The notes below the pieces were generated by a model. That model saw nothing but the letters and a program-made list of their open reading frames with translations. It was not told the origin of the DNA and made no database searches. This document shows positions 1 through 7,488 of a stretch of DNA of 64,000 bases, one piece after another (within the stretch, counting starts at the first letter, position 1; each line of letters starts with the position of its first letter). Source of the DNA: Candidatus Shapirobacteria bacterium GW2011_GWF2_37_20 (GTDB taxonomy: Bacteria; Patescibacteriota; Microgenomatia; UBA12405); assembly GCA_000989305.1 (NCBI GenBank), contig LBTB01000005.1, positions 4,409-68,408 of the forward strand, given 5' to 3'. Position numbers and translations under genes: made by a program.

Positions 1-804
1 ACCGGCCAGTTTTTGATATTTGATTTTGGTGCCACAATTAAGACACGGCTCCCCTTTCCGTTCATAAACTTGAAAGAAAAATTGATTTTTGCCGGCAGTG
101 CCGTCGGGGCGAAGATATTTGTGATCGCGGGCAGTTGAACCACCGGCTAAAACAGACTGTTTCATAATCTTAATTATAAACTTATGGATTGATTTTGCCT
201 GTTTTTGGGTAATTTTGTTTGAAGAAGTTTGAGGATGTATTCCGGCTAAAAAGAGGGCATCATTGGCGTAGATATTGCCAATTCCGGCAAAAAAATGTTG
301 ATCTAAAAGAACTGCCTTGACAGGACGACCACTGCGTTGAAGTTGTTGAAAAAGATATTTGGGAGAAAATAAGGGGTCAAAAATGTCGAGACCTAAATTT
401 ATCTGGGATTTTTTGAGTTCGCTTGGAGTAAGCAGTTTAACCCAACCGAATTTGCGTTGATCGTTAAAATATAATTTTGAATTATCAGTAAAAGTAAATA
501 TCAGGCGGGTAGATTTGGCGGGCATGGGAAGAGTAGATTCCTTGGTAGGATGACCCAAAACATGGCCCTGATAAATAAGTTGACCGGTCATTTTGAGGTG
601 GACCAACAGTATTAATTCATTGGCTAAATAGATAGAAAGCTGTTTACCGACGCGAGATAATTTAACTATTTTTTGCTTTTCGGCAAGCTTGGGATTACCA
701 ATGAAAGATTTGGGATTAAGAATTTCTAACTTGGAAATAGTTTTGTGAAAAAGTTTCTGCTCCAAAAAAAGCTTAACTACTTCGACTTCAGGAAGTTCAG
801 GCAT
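1..804 (-). CDS. fpg: Formamidopyrimidine-DNA glycosylase (Fpg/MutM); 3' end runs off the window
   Basis: The reverse-strand ORF starts with ATG at 804..802 and translates as MPELPEVEVV..., the canonical Fpg N-terminus (catalytic Pro2/Glu3). A C-terminal CxxC zinc-finger begins (CLNCGTKI) before the window edge. It is missing from the ORF track because the ORF is open at the edge. Confidence 0.85.
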   Translation of the reverse strand, partial: MPELPEVEVVKLFLEQKLFHKTISKLEILNPKSFIGNPKLAEKQKIVKLSRVGKQLSIYLANELILLVHLKMTGQLIYQGHVLGHPTKESTLPMPAKSTRLIFTFTDNSKLYFNDQRKFGWVKLLTPSELKKSQINLGLDIFDPLFSPKYLFQQLQRSGRPVKAVLLDQHFFAGIGNIYANDALFLAGIHPQTSSNKITQKQAKSIHKFIIKIMKQSVLAGGSTARDHKYLRPDGTAGKNQFFFQVYERKGEPCLNCGTKIKYQKLAG

Positions 805-810
805 AGGCTA

Positions 811-1713
811 TTATATTAAATCGTCGAGGTTGATAGCGGAAATGGCTTCATTTTTGGCCAAGTGTTCGAGTCCCACATCCATATCAGTGAAAGAGTCTTT
901 AAGAAAAGTCTGGGTTTGGGTGACATAACCCATGATAAGAACCAGGTGTGATAAATCTTTTTGCCCAGAATAAACGGTATAAATTAAATACAGCAAATTT
1001 ATACAATAGAAAAAAACGGCTGAGTTTTGAAGTGCAAACCACTCAGTAAAACCCCATTTACATAAACGATTAAAGTGCCGGGTATAAGATGCTTGTTCGA
1101 GATCAAAGTCATTACTGTCCTGAAGCTTGGCAAAATAAGCTTCGGTTTTAGAGTTTTGGATATCCTTAAGTTGAGCATAGCGTTGAGTGGTATAGATATC
1201 GATGAGAAGATAAATGGAAACACCGGCAATAGTTATCACAAAAGAAGGAAAATCGACGGCAAACAAAATTACAGGAATAATAAGAAAAGAAACAACACTA
1301 TCGATACCAGGTTGTTTTATGATATTCAAAGTGACTGAAGAAGCGTCGGAGAAATTACGGATAGCCTGAACGGTGGCATGACGTTCTTCTTTTGACTTGG
1401 ATTCCATGCCGAATAAAAAATAGTTGTTAATATCAAAACCAATATTACTGATGATGTGTTCCAGGCGGGTAATAGAAATTAGACGAAGGTGGTTGTCGAT
1501 AATGCGGACAATGAAAGTTAATGCCACCGTCATGAAGACTATTGACAGGGAAAGCTTCAGTTCCAGTTGTTTGACGATCAGGGAATATAAGTAGATGGTA
1601 AGGAGGGGAAGAATGGCGGAAATAAAACGAACAAATGTCCAAAAAAACAAGCTCCGACGATCGGAAATTATTTTTAAAACAAAGATAAAGACTTTTCTGG
1701 TTTCACTATTCAC
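811..1713 (-). CDS. Polytopic membrane protein resembling an ABC-exporter transmembrane domain without an ATPase domain
   Basis: 300-aa ORF with about 6 hydrophobic helices whose N-terminus resembles an ABC_membrane fold. It sits 6 bp upstream of fpg on the same strand, and no NBD follows it. Confidence 0.4.
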   Translation of the reverse strand: MNSETRKVFIFVLKIISDRRSLFFWTFVRFISAILPLLTIYLYSLIVKQLELKLSLSIVFMTVALTFIVRIIDNHLRLISITRLEHIISNIGFDINNYFLFGMESKSKEERHATVQAIRNFSDASSVTLNIIKQPGIDSVVSFLIIPVILFAVDFPSFVITIAGVSIYLLIDIYTTQRYAQLKDIQNSKTEAYFAKLQDSNDFDLEQASYTRHFNRLCKWGFTEWFALQNSAVFFYCINLLYLIYTVYSGQKDLSHLVLIMGYVTQTQTFLKDSFTDMDVGLEHLAKNEAISAINLDDLI

Positions 1714-1776
1714 TGAAATTAATTATTGATGAAAAGAAGATAATAAGCAAGAAAAAAATTAAGGTAAAATAGGGAC

Positions 1777-2736
1777 ATGGTAGAAAATAATCAAATTTAT
1801 GACACAGTAATTATTGGTTCGGGGCCAGCGGGATTGACGGCGGCAATATATAATATTCGGGCCGAATTAAAAACCGTGGTAATCTCGGGGAATGTTCCCG
1901 GAGGCCAACTGACGGTGACAACAATAGTGGATAACTGGCCAGGTTTTCCAAAGGGCACCGGCGGAGTGAAATTGATGATGGATATGCAACAACAGGTAAT
2001 AAATTTGGGGGTCGAAATAAAAAATGGAAATGTGGTAAAAATTGATTCTGGAAACGAGAAGGCAGATTTTAGATTTGAGATACAGCTAGATAACGGAGAA
2101 ATGTTGAAAACAAAAGCGGTGATTATTGCTACCGGAGCAGGAGCAAGGTGGTTGGGATTACCCAATGAGAAGGAACTAATAGGAAGAGGCATTTCGGGTT
2201 GTGCTACTTGTGATGGAATGTTTTACAGAGATAAAGAAGTGGCGATAATCGGAGGCGGAAATGTGGCCTGCGAAGAAGCTGATTTTTTGGCAAAAATTTG
2301 TAAAAAGGTTTATTTAATTCACCGCCGAGATGAATTGAGAGCGTCACCGACTGAAGCCAAAAGAGTTTTGGAAAATCAAAAAATTGAAAAGGTTTGGGAT
2401 AGCGTGGTGGAAGAAATTACAGGAAAAGAAAAAGTTGAGGCAATTAAAATAAAAAATATTAAAACTGGTGAGGAAAAAATATTACCCATAGACGGGTTGT
2501 TTGTGGCTATAGGTAGAATTCCGGCAACAGATTTTGTGAAAAGTTTAATTGAGTTAAAGGAAAATGGTTATATCGTGACCGGAAATAACCAGGAATATCC
2601 TTCCATGACTTCAGTGGAGGGGGTATTTGCGGCCGGAGATTGCATGGATGAAAGCTACCGACAGGCAATTGTAGCGGCAGGAGCCGGCTCAAAGGCAGCA
2701 CTGGATGCAGAAAGATGGTTAAATTCAAAGGAATGA
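1777..2736 (+). CDS. trxB: Thioredoxin-disulfide reductase
   Basis: N-terminal FAD-binding GSGPAG motif, redox-active CATC (GCATCDG), and an NADPH-binding GGGNVACEEA motif. Confidence 0.9.
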   Translation: MVENNQIYDTVIIGSGPAGLTAAIYNIRAELKTVVISGNVPGGQLTVTTIVDNWPGFPKGTGGVKLMMDMQQQVINLGVEIKNGNVVKIDSGNEKADFRFEIQLDNGEMLKTKAVIIATGAGARWLGLPNEKELIGRGISGCATCDGMFYRDKEVAIIGGGNVACEEADFLAKICKKVYLIHRRDELRASPTEAKRVLENQKIEKVWDSVVEEITGKEKVEAIKIKNIKTGEEKILPIDGLFVAIGRIPATDFVKSLIELKENGYIVTGNNQEYPSMTSVEGVFAAGDCMDESYRQAIVAAGAGSKAALDAERWLNSKE

Positions 2737-2832
2737 AAAAAATAATTTCATGGAGCCTGGTGGCGATAGTTGTTTTCTTTGTAGGAAGTGTATTATTTAC
2801 GCCAGTTGAGACTGGAACCGAAGTTGGAAAAA

Positions 2833-3942
2833 CTACCTTGTGGAAGAGTTTGACGGAGAAATAAGAGATTTGATTTTTTGGATAAAGTTGTCACGGGAAA
2901 ATTTTTGAGCTTGGGCGACGCAGTCTTTAGGATTAAACTTCATCTTTTCAAATCTTTTAACGGCATCGACCAAAGAATCAACTGTGGGTTGGTTGAAAAA
3001 CGTACCGGTTTTTCCTTCAACAACAGTCTCTAAATAGCCACCACCGTGATAAGCAATGACCGGAGTACCCATTAACATGGATTCAACGGGGGTAATGCCA
3101 AAATCTTCGTCAACAGAAAGAACTAAAAAAGCCTTGGCACCGGCATAGAGACGGACCAATTCTTCATCGGAAACATAACCTAAAAATTCGACATTATTTT
3201 TACTTATTTTTTGAAGGTCTTTATATTCGGTGTAAAGACCAGTAGCTTTACCGGCAATTTTTAGATGAATCCCCAATTCCATGGCGGCATGAACAGCTAG
3301 ATCTAAGCCCTTGGCACCAACAATGCGGGTAATTATTAAATAATAATCTTGTTTTTTGGGTAGATTGTCGACATAGGGAAGTGAAACAGGTGGATAAATT
3401 ACTACTGATTCACGGCGATAATATTTCCAAATACGATCAGCCACATTTTTAGAATTGGCTATAAACTGAGTAACTCTTTGAGCGGCCCAGAAATCGTAAA
3501 GACGCATAAAATGGCCGACAACGTGAGCATAAAGACGAACAATCCAAAAGCGTTGTAATTCAACCGAGGTTTTAAAGCCATAGAGCCAACGGGGCGGAGT
3601 ATGACAATAACAAATTTCGCGGGTGTTGGATCCCTTGCGAAAACCTTTGGTGATATACCAGGAAGCGGAACTTAAAATAACATCGTATTTTTTAAAATTA
3701 AAAGATAGCCAAATTAGGGGAGTTAAAAAACGAAGAGGAGAATAGAGTCGATTGAAAAATGGGATGTAATGAGCCCAGGAAACGCGAATGTCCTTGCCTC
3801 TGAAACGTTCCCAGGCAGGAGAACCCTTCTTACAAAAAGCAGTATAAATGGGGGCGTCGGGGAAAGCTTCGGAAAGGGCTAATAAAACCCGTTCGGCACC
3901 GCCAAATTCATTGAGACAATCGTGAACGAGAGCGATCTTCAT
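2833..3942 (-). CDS. Glycosyltransferase family 1 (GT4-type)
   Basis: The C-terminal EDFGITPVESMLMGTPVIAYHGGGYLETV matches the GT-B glycosyltransferase group 1 signature (E-x7-E region). Confidence 0.8.
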   Translation of the reverse strand: MKIALVHDCLNEFGGAERVLLALSEAFPDAPIYTAFCKKGSPAWERFRGKDIRVSWAHYIPFFNRLYSPLRFLTPLIWLSFNFKKYDVILSSASWYITKGFRKGSNTREICYCHTPPRWLYGFKTSVELQRFWIVRLYAHVVGHFMRLYDFWAAQRVTQFIANSKNVADRIWKYYRRESVVIYPPVSLPYVDNLPKKQDYYLIITRIVGAKGLDLAVHAAMELGIHLKIAGKATGLYTEYKDLQKISKNNVEFLGYVSDEELVRLYAGAKAFLVLSVDEDFGITPVESMLMGTPVIAYHGGGYLETVVEGKTGTFFNQPTVDSLVDAVKRFEKMKFNPKDCVAQAQKFSRDNFIQKIKSLISPSNSSTR

Positions 3943-4857
3943 TGGCTAAATGATAGCAAAATGGGATTAATATATACTACAAACATGGTCGGAGTTGTTT
4001 TTGCATTGCTTTGCGCAGTATTTATCGGATTTTCACAGATATCGCTTCGGAAAAGTTACAAGGAACTATCGCCCTCAGTGGCGTTTTTATTTGATTCGAT
4101 TTTTGGTCTATTGCTCTGGGTTCCTTTGGCAATTTTTATGGGGGTGTCGAGTGGAGCAAGCTTCGGGCAAGCATTTATTTTTGCTGTAATTTCGGCAATA
4201 TTATCTGAAGCAATAGTCTTTTATGCATTATCGCGAGGAGAATTGGCAGTAACCGCAACAATAATTACCACATATCCGGTTTATACGGTTATCTTTTCAA
4301 GGATACTGAATAAAGAATTGTTGTCGGCGGGAATAGTTGTTTTTGTCGTTTTAGCAATTTTGGGTAGTATTGTAGCCAGCCTGCCAGATAAAATTAACAA
4401 GTCTGAATTTAAGTTAAACAAGGCCGCGCTTTGGCCGTTTGTAGCGGCAATTTGTATTGGTCTTTCGGACACCCTTTCCAAGGGTTATATAAACCGCTCG
4501 GGTGATTTTAGTTTTTTGCTGATGCTTGGTTTTGTGCAAATACCGGTTGCCTTGGCTTACTTGAGAATTGAAAAAGAGTCATTTTTAAATTCAATAAAGG
4601 GAGTAATCAAGAGGTTTAAGGACTATAGATTTGCACTTATCGGCGGGTTATTCAATATCATCGGAACCGGATTTTTATGGTTAAGTTTTTCGTATGCTCC
4701 GGCCTCTATTGCCTCACCAATAACCGGTTCAAATGGAGTGTTTACGGTGCTACTTTCCAGATTCTTGTTGAAAGAAAAGATATCCAGAATTAAATATTTA
4801 GGAATATTCTTGGCTATTGTGGGAGTGATTGGAATCGCGGTGTTGAGAGAGGATTAG
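3922..4857 (+). CDS. DMT/EamA-like 10-TM permease (hypothetical)
   Basis: About 10 predicted transmembrane helices arranged as two 5-TM halves. The true start may be the internal Met (MGLIYTT) at about 3961. Confidence 0.4.
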   Translation: MNESDLHWLNDSKMGLIYTTNMVGVVFALLCAVFIGFSQISLRKSYKELSPSVAFLFDSIFGLLLWVPLAIFMGVSSGASFGQAFIFAVISAILSEAIVFYALSRGELAVTATIITTYPVYTVIFSRILNKELLSAGIVVFVVLAILGSIVASLPDKINKSEFKLNKAALWPFVAAICIGLSDTLSKGYINRSGDFSFLLMLGFVQIPVALAYLRIEKESFLNSIKGVIKRFKDYRFALIGGLFNIIGTGFLWLSFSYAPASIASPITGSNGVFTVLLSRFLLKEKISRIKYLGIFLAIVGVIGIAVLRED

Positions 4858-5810
4858 AACAAAGAACTTTGATTGGGGTCGATTTTTTGTTTAAGGGTTT
4901 TGACTGGTTTAGTGTTTTCTTCAAAATTTAGTCTTCTTTTGAGGCGGGAAGAGAGAGATTTAAAATGATATTCCTCAAAAAGAGATAAAAGTCCCAAGAA
5001 TTTATCCTGATTTAGGCGAGCGGAACGGAATTTAAATTTTAGAGGAATGTTACAGATTAGGGTGGCTAGTTTTTGTGAAAGATAGGCGTTGTTTTTGTCT
5101 TTGATTAATTTTTCCTTGACATTATCGCTAATCTCATCAAGATGGGTATAGATATTGTCCAGGTTTTGATACTTAGTTAAAAGATCAATGGCTGTTTTGG
5201 GACCAACGCCGGTAACGCCGGGATAAGAGTCCGACATATCCCCCATCAGAGCTTTTAAGTCGACAACTTGAGGTGGGGTAACTCCGAGTTTTTCTAAGAC
5301 TCCGGCCGGATCATAAGTCTTAGTTTCAGAAAGACCCCGAATAGGTACAAAAAGAGAGACTTTTTTGTTGACCAACTGCATTAAATCTTTATCGCCGGTG
5401 ATAATGGTAATTTTTTGAATAAATTTTTTCTTTTGGGCTTTTTTGGCAAGAGTGCCAATGAGATCGTCGGCCTCAAAGCCACCCATAGAAAGAGAAGGGA
5501 TGCCCGTTTTTTCTAAGGTTTGGGATAAAAGCGGGAGCTGAGAAACAAGATCGTGGTCAGTAGGTTTGCGCTTGGCACGATAGCCAATAAATTCATCATT
5601 GCGGAAAGTGGGGCCGGGAGAATCGAGACAGACTAATAAATAATCAGGCTTTAACTGATCAATGGAAGATAAAACCATGGAATAGAAACCATAAATGGCG
5701 TTTACGGGCTGAGCATTGAGACTGAGGGGTGGAATGGAGTGATAGGCACGGTGGGCAATAGCGTGGCCATCGATAATGACAAGATGAGACATAAGGTGAT
5801 TATAAGGCAT
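4854..5810 (-). CDS. Stand-alone 5'-3' exonuclease (Pol I N-terminal/FEN-like)
   Basis: VIIDGHAIAHRAYH, GFEADD and TGDKDLMQL acidic metal-binding motifs, plus a helix-hairpin-helix region (YPGVTGVGPKTA). Confidence 0.8.
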   Translation of the reverse strand: MPYNHLMSHLVIIDGHAIAHRAYHSIPPLSLNAQPVNAIYGFYSMVLSSIDQLKPDYLLVCLDSPGPTFRNDEFIGYRAKRKPTDHDLVSQLPLLSQTLEKTGIPSLSMGGFEADDLIGTLAKKAQKKKFIQKITIITGDKDLMQLVNKKVSLFVPIRGLSETKTYDPAGVLEKLGVTPPQVVDLKALMGDMSDSYPGVTGVGPKTAIDLLTKYQNLDNIYTHLDEISDNVKEKLIKDKNNAYLSQKLATLICNIPLKFKFRSARLNQDKFLGLLSLFEEYHFKSLSSRLKRRLNFEENTKPVKTLKQKIDPNQSSLF

Positions 5811-5831
5811 TAATAAGGTAGAATTTTAGTA

Positions 5832-6755
5832 ATGGAACAACATCCGATTCCACAACAGATTACCTCCTACGAATTTAAGCTGGTGGGAGAAATGACCCTG
5901 AAGCAATTTGCCAGAGCGGCGGGAGGAGTAATTTTGGCATTAATTATCAACTCGACAAAGCTGGTGTTTTTCATTAAATGGCCATTAATCGCCATCACGG
6001 CTGGGGGGGGCCTGGCTTTGGCTTTCGTACCTTTTCAGGATAGACCGCTGGAAGTATGGTTGGGGGCTTTTTTGAAATCAATTTATTCACCAACAGTATT
6101 TTTCTATAAAAAGAAAAAACCAACAAACTGGTTGGATATTGACCTGACAAAATCCGTTAAAAAAACAGATGAAGAAGAACCCTTGGTTTTGCCTCAAAAA
6201 GAGACCGAAAAAGTAGCTGAATTTATTGGCTCCTTGCCATCAGTGGGAAGAGAAGAGGAGGTGGAAACAATAAACGAGGTTTTAGAAACAAAGGATGAAA
6301 TCTCAGAAGAAAGAGAGACAGAAAAAGTGGTGGCAGAAGAGAAAAAGTCAGAAGTAGCGGTGGAAGAAAAGACAGAAGAAGGAATTGAAGAAAAGAAAGA
6401 AGAAGTCGGTAGGGCTAATTTGGGATTGAAGACGGAAAAATTAGGCGCAACAGGAAGGGCGGTGTTTGGAGAAATTCCAATGCCAGATATTCCCGACTTA
6501 CCAAATTTAGTGGTAGGAATGGTGATGGACAAAAACGACAAAATAGTGGAAGGGGCGATTGTGGAAATACAAGACAAGGAAGGACATCCAAGCCGGGTGT
6601 TAAAAACAAACCAGTTGGGACAATTTAAAATCCTAACTCAATTAAGTGATGGAAAATATTTGGTGGTAACCGAAAAGGAGGGGTTGGAATTTGACAGAGT
6701 AGAAATTAATTTGGACGGAAATATTGTCAAACCAATCAAGATTCTCGCCAAATAA
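5832..6755 (+). CDS. PrgI-family (VirB3-like) T4SS membrane protein with a long Glu/Lys-rich C-terminal extension
   Basis: The N-terminus IPQQITSYEFKLVGEMTLKQF is followed by two TM helices, as in PrgI-family proteins. The C-terminal half is low-complexity and E/K-rich. Confidence 0.55.
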   Translation: MEQHPIPQQITSYEFKLVGEMTLKQFARAAGGVILALIINSTKLVFFIKWPLIAITAGGGLALAFVPFQDRPLEVWLGAFLKSIYSPTVFFYKKKKPTNWLDIDLTKSVKKTDEEEPLVLPQKETEKVAEFIGSLPSVGREEEVETINEVLETKDEISEERETEKVVAEEKKSEVAVEEKTEEGIEEKKEEVGRANLGLKTEKLGATGRAVFGEIPMPDIPDLPNLVVGMVMDKNDKIVEGAIVEIQDKEGHPSRVLKTNQLGQFKILTQLSDGKYLVVTEKEGLEFDRVEINLDGNIVKPIKILAK

Positions 6756-6782
6756 AACAGAAATAGGTTATCATTAAACAGT

Positions 6783-7481
6783 ATGCCAAGTGACCCATTA
6801 AAAATTGCCATTAAAGGTAGCACCCAGGACAATCTTCCAATTGAAGATATTGTTGATGGAATCGTGATTTTGAAGGACGGATCGGCATCAATGGTGCTTC
6901 AAGTATCGTCTGTTAATTTCGACTTATTATCAGAAAGAGAACAAGGTGCTTTAGTGTTTGCCTATGGAGGAATATTAAACTCGTTAAATTTTCCAATTCA
7001 AATAGTAATAAGCTCGACAACAAAAGATGTGGGTAATTATTTGAATAATCTGGAACTGGCAAAAAACAGCCAACAAAACGAAAAGCTGAAGGAGAGAATT
7101 GCCTCGTATAAAAAATTTGTCGAGGAAACAGTAAAAAGAAATGACGTGTTGTCAAAAACTTTTTATATTGTGATTCCTTTTTCCAGTTTAGAACTGGGAA
7201 TCAAGAATGCGCAAAAACAGATATTTAACTCACTAAACCCAATCAAAAAAGAAGTGGAATTGCCTTTTTCCAAAGAATATATTGTAGAGAAGGCCAAGGC
7301 GAGTTTGCAACCGAAAGAGGATCATTTGGTGAGACTATTTTCCAGATTAGGATTAGAAATAAAGGCTTTAAATACTAAGGAATTAATCGAGCTTTTTTAT
7401 AAAATATATAACGAAGACACCTCAAATAATCAAAAATTACAAAGCGTAAATTATACCGCCGCCGCGGTAACAGGAAAATAA
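6783..7481 (+). CDS. Hypothetical protein resembling a free-standing copy of the Gram-positive VirB4 N-terminal domain
   Basis: It shares IVDGIVILKDGSASMVLQVSSVNFDLLSEREQ...FAYGGILNSLNFPIQIV with the N-terminus of the downstream ATPase (VEGLVSIKDIIAPSAIEVDFNHIRI...FVAGYPRFVGLNWLSTLINF). Confidence 0.4.
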   Translation: MPSDPLKIAIKGSTQDNLPIEDIVDGIVILKDGSASMVLQVSSVNFDLLSEREQGALVFAYGGILNSLNFPIQIVISSTTKDVGNYLNNLELAKNSQQNEKLKERIASYKKFVEETVKRNDVLSKTFYIVIPFSSLELGIKNAQKQIFNSLNPIKKEVELPFSKEYIVEKAKASLQPKEDHLVRLFSRLGLEIKALNTKELIELFYKIYNEDTSNNQKLQSVNYTAAAVTGK

Positions 7482-7488
7482 AAAATAA

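Noticed and set aside
999-1642. ORFs 999..1229(-), 1075..1338(+), 1445..1642(-) nested inside the 811..1713 membrane-protein gene
   Set aside because: They fully overlap a longer coherent ORF and their translations are low-complexity. They are judged spurious.
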